Assembly: GCA_043815815.1 (NCBI GenBank)
Contig: JBDRIO010000009.1
Coordinates: forward strand, 75,293 to 139,292
DNA from: Candidatus Eiseniibacteriota bacterium
GTDB lineage: Bacteria; Joyebacterota; Joyebacteria; Joyebacterales; Joyebacteraceae
Direction: 5' to 3'
DNA length: 64,000 bases
A model generated the notes under the pieces. That model saw only the letters and a program-made list of their open reading frames with translations, was not told the origin of the DNA and ran no database searches. The translations under genes and the position numbers were made by a program. Shown here one piece after another: positions 45,278 through 54,730 of the stretch. The first letter of the stretch is position 1; each line of letters begins with the position of its first letter.

Positions 45278-47908
45278 ATGAGAACGGGAAGCAAGGCTCT
45301 TTGGCTCGCGCTGGCCCTCGTGGTCGTCGCAACTGCCGCGGCGCAGGCCGCGGAGACGGTGAGAGAGGTCCTGCCCAACGGCATGACCGTCATCGTCAGG
45401 GAGAACCACTCCTCGCCGGTCGTGAACCTGCGCTTCTACGTGAAGTCCGGCAGCATTCACGAAGAGGAGTACCTGGGCTGCGGGATCACGCATTACCTAG
45501 AGCATCTCATGAGCGACGGCACGACGAACCGCACGCTCGAGCAGTTCGAGAAGGACACCGAGTCCATCGGCGGCGGGTACAACGCGTACACCACGAACGA
45601 TCACGCCTGCTACTTCCTCGAGACGTCCACCGAGAACTTCGACAAGGCGCTGGACATCCTGGCCGACCAGGCGATGAACGTCACGCTTCCGCAGGAGCAC
45701 GTCGACGCCCAGCACGGCGTCATCACGCGCGAAATCAACATGGGCTACGACGAGCCCGGCCGCCGGATCTACAACCTCTTCAAGGAGGTCATGTTCCGCG
45801 AGCACCCGGTCAAGTACCCGGTCATCGGCCACCTGGACAACTTCCTCAACGTCACTCGCGACGACCTCGTGAAGTACCACTCGCGGATGTACGTCCCGGA
45901 CAACATGATATTCGTCGCGGTCGGCGACCTCGACTCGGGCGACGCGATGGCGAAGATAGCCGACGCCTTCAAGGACTTCGAGCGGAAGCCGGTCAACATG
46001 CCCGCCCTCCCCTCCGAATCTCCCCAGCTGGGTCGCAGGGTGCTCAAGGAGCAGCGCGACCTCGACATGGCGTACGTGCTCATGGGCTGGCACACCGTCG
46101 CGCTGTCCCATCCGGACCTCTACCCGCTGGACATCCTCTCGCACGTCCTCTCCGAGGGCAACAGCTCGCGGCTGTACAAGAAGCTCGTGGACGAGCTGGG
46201 GCTGGTCTACGGCATCACGACCTGGTCGCACACACCGTCCTACGACGCCGGAACGTTCGCAGTGTCGATGCAGCTCGACCCCGCGAACATCGACGCGGCC
46301 ATCGAGGTCGTGACACGGGAGATCTACAGGCTCGCCGACGAGTACGTCACGGAGATCGAACTCGCTAAGACGAAGAAGCTCAAGACGGCCGACTTCTACT
46401 TCAGCAGGCAGGACCTCGAGAGCCTCGCCTCCAGTCTTGGTCGCTCCGAGATCACGGCCGGCAACCCGGACTTCGACGAGATCTACACCGCGCACATCCA
46501 GGACGTCACGGCCGAGGAGATCCGGGGTGTCGTCAAGAAGTACTTCTACGACGACAATCTCGGGATCGCGGTCCTCGAGCCCGTAAGAGACGACGACGAG
46601 ATGGCGGCGGTGTCCGACGACGATGCGCCGGACGTCGGTGACATCCAGAAGCACGTTCTCGACAACGGTCTCACGGTGTTGGTGAAGCCGAACCACACGA
46701 ATCCGATCGTGTTCCTCGGGAGCTACACGCTCGCCGGGGCGCGCTTCGAGGGGAAGAACGGACTCGCCAACTTCGTCGCCAGCATGATGCCGCGCGGGAC
46801 GAAGAAGCGCTCCGCCGATGACATCGCACTCGAGATCGACGCCATGGGAGCGCAGTACGCATGCTCCGCCAATCACACGCGCATCCAGTCCGGCATGACC
46901 GTTCTCGCTGAGGACCTCGAGCAGGGTATCTCGCTGTTCGCCGACGTCCTCACGAACCCGACTTTCGAGGCCGGAGAGATGCAGAAGGAACGCCAGCTCA
47001 TCGAGGCGTCGATCCTCGCTCGCGGAGACGACTGGACGACCGACGCGATGGACAAGATGCTCATCGAGCTCTTCCCGACGCATCCGTACGGCAGGCCGCC
47101 GGTCGGAACGACGGAGAGCGTCGCCGGCATCACGCGAGACGACCTTGTGGGCTACCACGCCGACAACGTCGGCCCGGAGAACACGGTCATCACGGTCTTC
47201 GGCGACGTCGACTACGACGAGGCCGTGGTCCTTGTTGACGACGCGCTGGGCCGCTGGAGGACGACCGGAACCGCGGCGACGACCATATCCGTCGAGCCTG
47301 AGGCCGCCGAAGAGAAGACGCTCACGAGCTACCACGACCGCGCTCAGACCGTCATCTTCATGGGCTACAGAGGCATGCCCTACTCGTCGGGCGACCGCCA
47401 CGCTATGGACGTGCTCGACGCGGTGACGTCCGGCATCTACTACCCGGGCGGCTGGCTGCACACCGACCTCCGAGGCAACTCGCTCGTCTACGTCGTGCAC
47501 GCCTACAACTGGACCGGGTTCGACACCGGCTACTTCGGCATCTACGCGGCGACCTTCGACGAGGCGCTCGACCAGGCGCTCTCGACGATCAACGGATACA
47601 TGGAGCAGATCGCGAACGAGCCCATTACCGACGAGGAGCTGGAGCAGGCCAAGCAGCTCTGCATCGTGATGGACAGGACGTCCAAGCAGACGAACACCGC
47701 GCAGGCTCAGGACGCCGCCATCGCCGAGCTATACGGAATGGGATACGACTTCAACGAGAACTACGCGGAGGGCATCGCCTCGATAACGAAGGAGGACGTA
47801 CAGATGGTCGCGCGCAAGTACCTGAGCGACCCGGTGACCGTGCTCCGGCGACCGCGCCCCGCGGAAGGTTCGGAAGAAGCAGAAGAGTCACACTCCTCGG
47901 TCGACTAG
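45278..47908 (+). CDS. Secreted M16 (pitrilysin-family) zinc peptidase, two fused M16 units
   Basis: ORF open from 45083. ATG 45278 is preceded by GGGAGG. Signal peptide 'MRTGSKALWLALALVVVATAAAQA'. Inverted zinc motif 'GITHYLEHLM' (HxxEH). Second, inactive-type half from about aa 480. Confidence 0.88.
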   Translation: MRTGSKALWLALALVVVATAAAQAAETVREVLPNGMTVIVRENHSSPVVNLRFYVKSGSIHEEEYLGCGITHYLEHLMSDGTTNRTLEQFEKDTESIGGGYNAYTTNDHACYFLETSTENFDKALDILADQAMNVTLPQEHVDAQHGVITREINMGYDEPGRRIYNLFKEVMFREHPVKYPVIGHLDNFLNVTRDDLVKYHSRMYVPDNMIFVAVGDLDSGDAMAKIADAFKDFERKPVNMPALPSESPQLGRRVLKEQRDLDMAYVLMGWHTVALSHPDLYPLDILSHVLSEGNSSRLYKKLVDELGLVYGITTWSHTPSYDAGTFAVSMQLDPANIDAAIEVVTREIYRLADEYVTEIELAKTKKLKTADFYFSRQDLESLASSLGRSEITAGNPDFDEIYTAHIQDVTAEEIRGVVKKYFYDDNLGIAVLEPVRDDDEMAAVSDDDAPDVGDIQKHVLDNGLTVLVKPNHTNPIVFLGSYTLAGARFEGKNGLANFVASMMPRGTKKRSADDIALEIDAMGAQYACSANHTRIQSGMTVLAEDLEQGISLFADVLTNPTFEAGEMQKERQLIEASILARGDDWTTDAMDKMLIELFPTHPYGRPPVGTTESVAGITRDDLVGYHADNVGPENTVITVFGDVDYDEAVVLVDDALGRWRTTGTAATTISVEPEAAEEKTLTSYHDRAQTVIFMGYRGMPYSSGDRHAMDVLDAVTSGIYYPGGWLHTDLRGNSLVYVVHAYNWTGFDTGYFGIYAATFDEALDQALSTINGYMEQIANEPITDEELEQAKQLCIVMDRTSKQTNTAQAQDAAIAELYGMGYDFNENYAEGIASITKEDVQMVARKYLSDPVTVLRRPRPAEGSEEAEESHSSVD

Positions 47909-47983
47909 CTGAGGATCGGGTTCGGAGGTCGCGGCATCGTCGCCGCGCCGCCGGGTCCTAAGCCTCGCGACAGATTGACGCAG

Positions 47984-48017
47984 AGACGCCCGGCGGGAGG
48001 AACCCCGTCGGGCGTCT
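47984..48017 (+). terminator. Stem-loop terminator after the M16 gene
   Basis: AGACGCCCGGCGGG...CCCCGTCGGGCGTCT (about 14 bp) followed by 'tcgtttgcg'. Confidence 0.65.
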
Positions 48018-48140
48018 TCGTTTGCGCGTCGCTTCCGTTCATGTCCGGCCGGCCGACGGTTGTCGCGCGCCGGGAGACTCCGCCGGACCGTTGGCCATCG
48101 CGCTCGACCGACTCCGCCGGGGCACACCCGGCCCTCGCCC

Positions 48141-48734
48141 CTACTCCTCGCGCGCCCCCGTCCCCGCTGTGGCCATGGCTCTCCGCCGCCACCGGCGGTC
48201 GACCGCGGCCCCTATCGCGGTCAGGACCTTCCCTATCGCGAACCCGAGCACGGCGCCGGCGACGACGTCGAACGGGTAGTGCACACCCACGTAGACGCGT
48301 GAGTACGCGACGAGCGCGGCAACGAAGAAGGCCGGGACCGCGGCCCCGGGCAGGCGCCAGGAGAGAATGGTGGCCATGGCGAACGAGTTGGCCGCGTGAG
48401 CGGAGGGAAACGAGAACGCGCGGGAGGCCCCCACGAGCAACCTCACCTCAGCGGGCGGCAGAGCGTTGCACGGCCGGATCCTGCCGACGAGCGGCTTCAG
48501 CACGCTGCACGTGAGCTGGTCGGCCAGGGCCACGGCCACGATCAGGAGCACCGCGGCGATGCGTCCGTGCCTCCCACCCCAGATGAGCAGCGCGACCCAG
48601 AGTCCGATGAGAACCGGATACCAGTTCTCCTGATTCGTCACGAACGGCATCAGCCAGTCGAGAGACGAATGCGTGAGCTCGCCGTTGAGGAGGATGAACA
48701 GCGTGCGGTCGAGGTTCGAGAGGATGTCAATCAT
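48141..48734 (-). CDS. PAP2-superfamily lipid phosphatase (undecaprenyl-diphosphatase/PgpB-like)
   Basis: ORF open to 48947; ATG at 48734. The three PAP2 motifs are 'KPLVGRIRP', 'SFPSAH', 'SRVYVGVHYPFDV'. Confidence 0.85.
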   Translation of the reverse strand: MIDILSNLDRTLFILLNGELTHSSLDWLMPFVTNQENWYPVLIGLWVALLIWGGRHGRIAAVLLIVAVALADQLTCSVLKPLVGRIRPCNALPPAEVRLLVGASRAFSFPSAHAANSFAMATILSWRLPGAAVPAFFVAALVAYSRVYVGVHYPFDVVAGAVLGFAIGKVLTAIGAAVDRRWRRRAMATAGTGAREE

Positions 48735-50529
48735 GGGCCCCGCCTTCGCGTTCGCCCGCGCTCTCTCCTGAACGGGCCCCGCCTTCGCGTTCGCCCGCGT
48801 TCTCTCCCGGCCGGGCCCCGTCTCCGCGCGCGCCAGCGTTCTCTCCCGGCCGGGCACCGCCCGGCTGCAGGGTCCTACGCGACGCGCCCTCGGGCGAATC
48901 GAAGTCCTCCCAGTGAAGCGCGTAGACAACCATCTCGTCTCCCCCACACACCACGTTGTCCTTGAGCACGACGCGGTGAATCGGCTCGAAGATGCTCTTC
49001 CGGACCGATTGCGGGTACCAGTCCGGGAAGAGGATCGCGTAGTCGGGACGCTCCGACGCGAGCAGGCTGAACATCGCCGCGTCGGCGGACTTACCGCGCC
49101 TGCGATACTCGAGGACGTCCGGCGATATGAGGCCGACGGTGTCCAGCACCTTCCGCTGCGAGAAGTAGGCGATGGCGCCCACGTCGTTCACCGCGAGGAC
49201 AGCGTCCCTGGGCAGGCTCTGATCGACCCACTTGCCCAGCGTCACCTGCATGTCCTCGATGTTCGCCACTTCCCTCGCGTAGAGCTTGGATCTGAACCAG
49301 ATGCTCCTCCCCTGCGCGAAGAGCGCGAGCACCATCAGGAACCATATGAGCGACCGCTCGAGGACGACGCGAGCTGGGCTACCCATGAACTTGGCCTCGC
49401 TGAAGATGCGGGCTCCATAGCTGGCCGCCGCGTACAGGCCCATCGTCCCGATGATGAGCATGAGGGGAGCGACGGGGGCCGCGTAGCGCCCTTCCTGATA
49501 CGACGCGTCGCCGAAGGGGACGACGATGCCTATCGCCAGCGGGAAGAGAACGACGGCGAGAGGCAGGATGAAGGACTGGTAGCGCGTGTCGCGCGCGTAC
49601 GGGATCGAGAGCGTGAGCCTCAGGAAGCCGAACGGGACCAGCGCGAAGAGGACGGGGTTGTTCTTGAGGCTCTCCTGAAGGAACGAGATGTAGTAGTCGA
49701 ACGGGTGAACGGACAGCGACTTCAGAAGCTCTCGCGGGCTCGACTTGACGAAGGCCGAGATCAGACCCTTGTTCCACAGAAGCGCCTTGGCGTAGGCGGT
49801 GTTCGGGAGGAACCCGATCCCGAATCGCCGGCTGAAGAGGAGAAACGGGAGAAGGACGGCCGCGAAGAGCGCGATGTGCGCGAGGACGGGAACGACCCAC
49901 TCCTTCGCCGCGAGGTCGCGCCAGTGGATGAACGTGCCGACGAGAGCCCTGTCGAGCATCGCCGCCACGAAGAAGACAGCGCACTCGGGGCGGGCGAGCG
50001 TCGCCAGGCCGAAGAGGACCGTGGAGAGATACTGGCGCCTGCTCCCCGAGCCCGCGTGCAGGATGTGCATGAGGATGCCCGCCAGCGACAGCGCCACGGC
50101 GAGCGTGACCTCCATCCCGGAGACGCTGGCCCAGAGAAGCCGCGGCAGGGACGCCGCCACGACGGCGGAGAAGAGCGCCTCGCGCGGGTCACCGGTCACT
50201 ATCTTCACCAGCGTGTAGACGAGCCAGACGGTGAGGCCCAGAAAGAGAATGCCCAGCGCCTTGGCACCGAGCACGGGGTCCCCCGCGATGAGGTAGCCGG
50301 TGGCCGCGACGAAGGTCCAGAGAGGCGCGGTCGAGCCCGCGGCCGGTTCGCCGGGGTTGTACGAGAAGCCGTGCCCGAGAACGATGTTGCGCGCGAACTG
50401 CGCATGTATCCACGAATCGTCGAGAGGGAACCCGAAGGTGCCGGTCGCTGCGTGCTCGCGCCAGAGGAAGACGCCCACGAAGACGACCATGACTGCAAGC
50501 GCGATGGCGATGTGGTTCCGTGATCTCAC
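48727..50529 (-). CDS. Polytopic membrane protein, GT-C-fold glycosyltransferase-like (ArnT/PMT-like), with repetitive C-terminal tail
   Basis: More than 10 TM helices. Acidic first-loop motif 'FPLDDSWIHAQFARN'. Soluble C-terminal domain. Tail 'GARPGENAGARGD GARPGENAGEREG GARSGESAGEREG'. GTG start at 50529. 8-nt overlap with the PAP2 gene. Confidence 0.5.
   Translation of the reverse strand: MRSRNHIAIALAVMVVFVGVFLWREHAATGTFGFPLDDSWIHAQFARNIVLGHGFSYNPGEPAAGSTAPLWTFVAATGYLIAGDPVLGAKALGILFLGLTVWLVYTLVKIVTGDPREALFSAVVAASLPRLLWASVSGMEVTLAVALSLAGILMHILHAGSGSRRQYLSTVLFGLATLARPECAVFFVAAMLDRALVGTFIHWRDLAAKEWVVPVLAHIALFAAVLLPFLLFSRRFGIGFLPNTAYAKALLWNKGLISAFVKSSPRELLKSLSVHPFDYYISFLQESLKNNPVLFALVPFGFLRLTLSIPYARDTRYQSFILPLAVVLFPLAIGIVVPFGDASYQEGRYAAPVAPLMLIIGTMGLYAAASYGARIFSEAKFMGSPARVVLERSLIWFLMVLALFAQGRSIWFRSKLYAREVANIEDMQVTLGKWVDQSLPRDAVLAVNDVGAIAYFSQRKVLDTVGLISPDVLEYRRRGKSADAAMFSLLASERPDYAILFPDWYPQSVRKSIFEPIHRVVLKDNVVCGGDEMVVYALHWEDFDSPEGASRRTLQPGGARPGENAGARGDGARPGENAGEREGGARSGESAGEREGGAHD
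48735..48851. repeat. 39-nt x3 (+partial 4th) in-frame tandem repeat at the 3' end of the GT-C-like gene
   Basis: Copies at 48735-48773, 48774-48812 and 48813-48851, e.g. 'gggccccgccttcgcgttcgcccgcg(c/t)tctctcc...'. They encode 13-aa Gly/Ala/Arg/Glu repeats. Confidence 0.85.
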
Positions 50530-50701
50530 GCCGGGAGTCCCTTTCCAGTTGTGATGCCGTCACGCGTTCACGCCGAGCCGTTGCCGGCAGCGTGACTCCG
50601 GCGCTGCCCTCTGTACGGCCACGTCCTCCGCACGGCCGCGCCCTCCGGACGAACGGCACGATACCGGGTGGACGGATGATAGACTCTACTGCCCGCGCGA
50701 A

Positions 50702-51931
50702 TCAACCCCGGCGTCTCTCTGCCTCAGCGATCTCGGCCCAGTGGGGGTCCATGGAGCCCAGCTTGAGAAGATACTCCCGACGATGACGAATCTGGTCGGA
50801 CGTGAGGCTGTCCGCCACGCTCTTGCGCCACACCATGCCCGTCAGACCGACGCTCCAAACCAGAAGCAGCACCAAGAGCGCCGCCGCAAGGAAGCGGGAC
50901 CTTGCTCGAACTCGCGCGAGAAGACCTGCAGCCAACATGCACGCCCCGACCGACGCCACGTAGAGGTAGCGACGCTCCATCCAGTCTCCACCCCACCCAG
51001 AGATGAACACGGCGGCGGGGAAAAGGGCCGCGTAGACCCAGGCCACAGCTACGGCGACAAATGCGCTGCGCCTCATCAGCAAGACCGTGAACACGACGGC
51101 CAACGCTCCACCCAGCAATGAGCGTCCCGACACCAAGACATCTTCAAGCACATTGAGCCACGCAGGACCACCGACGGCTGCGGCCGTGCCGGTGTTGAAA
51201 GGGAACAGCATGAACCAGACCATTCCCAACTCCAGTCGGAAGAGGCGCGTGACATTGATCGGGAGGACGCTGCACACGATCGTCGCGGCCAGTCCGCCGG
51301 CAACAGCGAAGCAGACCCACCGCACTCCGGCCGACGCGCGCTCGCCCGTCGGCGCATCGCGTCGGCGCAGGTCTTCTCTGAGGAGGACGATGACCGGGAC
51401 GAGCGGCAGGGCACCCAACGCAATTTCATGAGAAGCAGCGGCCAGTGCCAGAAGGACCGCCGACCAGAGCCACCTGCGGCTGAGAAGCAGGTCGACGGAC
51501 ACCAGAAGCAGGAGAAGCGCGAGGACAATGGTGATGTTGCTGGCGCTGAAGACGGCTTTGCCGTAGGCACCGAACCCTACGGCGAACAGGAGTCCACTCG
51601 TGAAGCCGACTGGACGCGAACCACTGAGCCTCGCGCCAAGCCTGCCGACGAGCACCGCGTTGACCGCATGCAGCAGCACGACCACCAGGTGAAAGACCCA
51701 TGCTCGTGGCCCCCATGACGCAAGGCCGGCAACGAGCACGAGCTTCGGTGGAAGCCTCAGAACGCCGCCCATCCAGGGCCGCATCAGGAGCGACGCGTCC
51801 TTCAGACTCAGCGCCGTCCACAGCAGCGAGTGCAGCTCGTCTGCATACGGCAGGAGGCGCAAGGCTGCGACATGACTCGCAAGCGCGACCAGGGCCGTGA
51901 TGGTCGCCTGATGCCAGGACCGCAGCCGCAC
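50702..51931 (-). CDS. Polytopic membrane protein, second GT-C-like (PMT/ArnT-like) candidate
   Basis: ORF open to 52045, but that TTG lies inside a terminator/promoter. GTG 51931 is preceded by GGGAGG + 6 nt. About 11 TM helices. First-loop 'LPYADELHS' (D-E motif). Confidence 0.45.
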   Translation of the reverse strand: MRLRSWHQATITALVALASHVAALRLLPYADELHSLLWTALSLKDASLLMRPWMGGVLRLPPKLVLVAGLASWGPRAWVFHLVVVLLHAVNAVLVGRLGARLSGSRPVGFTSGLLFAVGFGAYGKAVFSASNITIVLALLLLLVSVDLLLSRRWLWSAVLLALAAASHEIALGALPLVPVIVLLREDLRRRDAPTGERASAGVRWVCFAVAGGLAATIVCSVLPINVTRLFRLELGMVWFMLFPFNTGTAAAVGGPAWLNVLEDVLVSGRSLLGGALAVVFTVLLMRRSAFVAVAVAWVYAALFPAAVFISGWGGDWMERRYLYVASVGACMLAAGLLARVRARSRFLAAALLVLLLVWSVGLTGMVWRKSVADSLTSDQIRHRREYLLKLGSMDPHWAEIAEAERRRG

Positions 51932-51998
51932 CCGCGAACCTCCCGTACTGAGCAAGCGCTTGGCGCGCACACCGTTCGGCAAGCGCACTGTCAGCGTG

Positions 51999-52027
51999 AG
52001 CCTACATCGGCCCGCCTGGGCTGTCAA
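51999..52027 (-). promoter_or_regulatory. Putative promoter (TTGACA-17-TAGGCT) of the GT-C/PAP2 gene set
   Basis: The minus strand reads TTGACAgcccaggcgggccgatgTAGGCT, directly after the terminator of the C1 protease gene. Confidence 0.55.
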
Positions 52028-52047
52028 TGTACCCAACCGCGACAAGA

Positions 52048-52076
52048 AGGGGCCGGACGACTCGGTCCGGGCCCCT
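52048..52076 (-). terminator. Stem-loop terminator after the C1 protease gene
   Basis: AGGGGCCCGGAC / GTCCGGCCCCT (11 bp, one bulge) with loop CGAGTC. On the minus strand it is followed by 'tcttgtcgcggtt'. 27 nt after the stop at 52103. Confidence 0.6.
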
Positions 52077-52102
52077 CAGGAGAGTCGAGCGTTCGACAGA
52101 GG

Positions 52103-54637
52103 CTATCTCAGGAGGATCATCTTCCTCTCGAGCTCGCGGTCGTCCGCCGTCAGCCTGTAGAAATAGATACCCGATGCGGCGTCCTCGCCCGCGTCGTTCC
52201 TGCCGTCCCACGTCGTGACGTAGTCCTCGGCGCGCAGGTCGCGGTCGACCAGGGTCCTCACGACGCGTCCGTTCACGTCGTACACGGTCAGGCGGACGTG
52301 CGCCTCTGCCGGGATCGAGTACGCGATGTTGGTCGCGGGATTGAACGGATTGGGGATGTTCTGTCTGAGCGCCAGTCTGCGGGGCTGTCCGTCGACACCG
52401 CTCCCCGGGTCTTCGATCGTGAGGTCGCCGTCGGAGTCGTCGTACGAACCGAGCCCCGCCGCGTCGCGCGCCACGACACGCACGCGGACTCCGTCGCCCG
52501 GCGCGTCGGGGACCACCCAGTCGTACGTGTAGGTCCGGCCGCTCTGACCCACGGCGACCGTCTCTGGGTAGCTCGCCCCGTGGTCGGTCGAGTAGTAGAT
52601 GTCGAAGTGGTCGACAGCGACGTTGTCGACGGCCTCCCACGTTATCAGATGGTTGCTGCCGACGGGCCACGACTCGCCGCCGTTCGGAGCCGTGAGCGTG
52701 ACGCTCGGAGGCTCGACGTCGGGCCAGTTCCCCTCAGCCAGCCACTCGAGCGATCTCCGCATGATGGTGTCGCGGGCGGCCGCTCCGGTCACACCCTCGA
52801 ACCCGAAGGCCAGGTAGACCTCTCGGTGACCGACGTCCCAGCGCAGAGCGCCCTCGAGTCCGGGACCATACCGGAACACGCCGTCGGCGCCCGATCGCGG
52901 ATCTATCTCGCTCGGATAGAACTGATTCATGGCGCTGTCGGTCCCGTTGAGCGTGAACGACAGGCCGTCGCCGATCGGATCGCCCGGGAGGCCGTCCAGA
53001 CTCGTGTATCCCGAGTCGTCGAGGACGTAGTCCGCGTGCAGGTGGTCGTTGTAGAACTGGATCTTGTCCGGGTCGCCCTGGTAGTTCAGGGACCAGCCGA
53101 TGTCCTCGCCCGAGAACATGATCCTGCCGCCCCCGTCGAGGTACGACTCGAGAACGGTGCGGTTCCCGCTGTCGAGGCTGCCGCCCCAGCCGCAGTTCCA
53201 CACGACGACGGTGTAGCGGTTGAGTTCCGCCAGAGAGACCACGCCCTGCGTGTCCTCCTGCCAGTCCTGATACAGATGGCCAAGCCGCAGGAGCGAATCC
53301 TGGAACCAGGTCTCGGTCGACTCGCCGCCGTCGTCGTCGACGAGCAGGACCGGAACGGGGCCGAGCACGATCGAGAACGTGTCGGCGTTGGCGTAGCGCG
53401 CGCCGTCGGTGATGGAGAGGACGAACTCGACCACCTCTCCCGGAGGAGCGAATTCGTCGACCACGAACGCGTACGGCGGAGAGCCCGTGCCGGATTCGCC
53501 GGCGTCGAGGTTGCCGTACGAGGAGCCGCTCTGCGTCACGGTGGCGTAGGGACTCCCGGTCGCTATCGTGGCCTGGACGCCCGTGCGGTCGGGAGCGACG
53601 ACCTCGTTCTTGAGGGCGACCGTGAGTTCGATCGACTCGCCCGGATCCGCCCAGCCGTCGCCGTCGCCGGTCGGGTCCGTGAACTCGTGCCCGTCGTGGA
53701 CGACGTCGACGCCGGGGTAGTAGAAGACCTGCTGGGTGTTCGCGCCGATGTTGCAGGTACCGTACTTGATCCAGAAGTAGCCGCCCAGGTCTCCCCACCA
53801 GTCGCCCCAGCTGTTCTTGCACAGCCACGCGCCGTCTCCGGCGCCGCACTTGTTGTCGTCCCACCCAACGATGACGACCGCGTGGTTGATCGGGTCGTCC
53901 CCGGCGTGCTCGTAGCATCCCGACGCGTAGGAGCTGAATCCGTCGTACACAGTGAACGTCGTCGCGACGGGAGCGTTCAGAAGCGCCGTCTTGATCACGG
54001 CGACGTCGTTGGGGATGTCTATCCAGGTCCTCGCCGTGGCGAGCTTCGGGCATCCGGAGTCGGCGCACGGAACGCTGTCGTCCGCCTGGTACGGCATGCA
54101 CGCCTCGCCAACGGCGCCGAAGTCACGGAAGTAGCCCCACGCCCAGGAGTACCATCCTCCGCCGCATCCGTACCCCTGAGTCTCGCAGGAGAGCACCTGC
54201 TGCTCCGAGAGGTCGTACTCGACAGAGGTCGCCTGCTTGATGACCGCCTCCAGGGCGCCGACGCCTGCGAAGTCCCAGCAGCTGCCGCACGAACCCTGGC
54301 TCTTGACCGCGGTCATGATTCCGAGCGTCCTCCAGCTGAAGCTGTCGGGAAGGTCGCGCGCGACCGGGAAGTCGTCGGGGTCGAGCGCCGCGAATCGCCT
54401 CGCGACCTCGGGAGGAACGCGTGCACCCAGGAGCGCCCGGAACTCCTCGGTCGAGAGGTCGGTAGTCCAGTTGCGCCGGGCCACCCAGTTGTAGCCGCGC
54501 TCGTCTATCTCGCGCTGGAGCGCGTCTATCTCCGCGTCTCGGCCCTCGTCGCCCTTCGCGAAAGACGGCGCCGCCAGCGCGAGCGCGAGAGCCGCGATGA
54601 GCACCACACATGGAAGAACACGACCGAGCTTGCGCAT
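52103..54637 (-). CDS. Secreted papain-family (C1) cysteine protease with large C-terminal extension and T9SS/FlgD-Ig-type C-terminal domain
   Basis: ORF open to 54787. ATG 54637 is preceded by GGAGG. Signal peptide 'MRKLGRVLPCVVLIAALALALAAPSFA'. 'LPDSFSWR...KSQGSCGSCWDFAG' (Cys), 'INHAVVIVGWDD' (His), 'WLCKNSWGDWWG' (Asn). C-terminus 'NPFNPATNIAYSIP...YDVNGRVVRTL...WDGRNDAGEDAASGIYFYRL...KMILLR'. Confidence 0.88.
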   Translation of the reverse strand: MRKLGRVLPCVVLIAALALALAAPSFAKGDEGRDAEIDALQREIDERGYNWVARRNWTTDLSTEEFRALLGARVPPEVARRFAALDPDDFPVARDLPDSFSWRTLGIMTAVKSQGSCGSCWDFAGVGALEAVIKQATSVEYDLSEQQVLSCETQGYGCGGGWYSWAWGYFRDFGAVGEACMPYQADDSVPCADSGCPKLATARTWIDIPNDVAVIKTALLNAPVATTFTVYDGFSSYASGCYEHAGDDPINHAVVIVGWDDNKCGAGDGAWLCKNSWGDWWGDLGGYFWIKYGTCNIGANTQQVFYYPGVDVVHDGHEFTDPTGDGDGWADPGESIELTVALKNEVVAPDRTGVQATIATGSPYATVTQSGSSYGNLDAGESGTGSPPYAFVVDEFAPPGEVVEFVLSITDGARYANADTFSIVLGPVPVLLVDDDGGESTETWFQDSLLRLGHLYQDWQEDTQGVVSLAELNRYTVVVWNCGWGGSLDSGNRTVLESYLDGGGRIMFSGEDIGWSLNYQGDPDKIQFYNDHLHADYVLDDSGYTSLDGLPGDPIGDGLSFTLNGTDSAMNQFYPSEIDPRSGADGVFRYGPGLEGALRWDVGHREVYLAFGFEGVTGAAARDTIMRRSLEWLAEGNWPDVEPPSVTLTAPNGGESWPVGSNHLITWEAVDNVAVDHFDIYYSTDHGASYPETVAVGQSGRTYTYDWVVPDAPGDGVRVRVVARDAAGLGSYDDSDGDLTIEDPGSGVDGQPRRLALRQNIPNPFNPATNIAYSIPAEAHVRLTVYDVNGRVVRTLVDRDLRAEDYVTTWDGRNDAGEDAASGIYFYRLTADDRELERKMILLR

Positions 54638-54674
54638 TCCCACGCCTCCGGTTGGCTTCTTGACGGTTTGCATT

Positions 54675-54703
54675 ATTGTACCACGGTAGCATAATGCTGT
54701 CCA
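54675..54703 (-). promoter_or_regulatory. Putative promoter (TGGACA-17-TGgTACAAT) of the C1 protease gene
   Basis: The minus strand reads TGGACAgcattatgctaccgTGgTACAAT, in the most AT-rich patch of this region about 38 nt upstream of ATG 54637. Confidence 0.55.
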
Positions 54704-54730
54704 CCTGTGGCACTTACACGCACGAAACCC

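Noticed and set aside
51830-54694. 954-aa plus-strand ORF antisense to the C1 protease gene.
   Set aside because: Same reasoning as above. The minus strand carries intact papain catalytic motifs, a signal peptide and a CTD. The plus-frame product is Arg/Val/Asp/Gly-biased with no recognisable domain.
54668-54695. Plus-strand promoter-like TTGCAT-16-CATAAT in the AT-rich patch upstream of the C1 protease gene.
   Set aside because: It points into the antisense strand of comM with no plus-strand gene downstream. The same patch gives a better minus-strand promoter (TGGACA-17-TGgTACAAT) correctly placed for the C1 gene.
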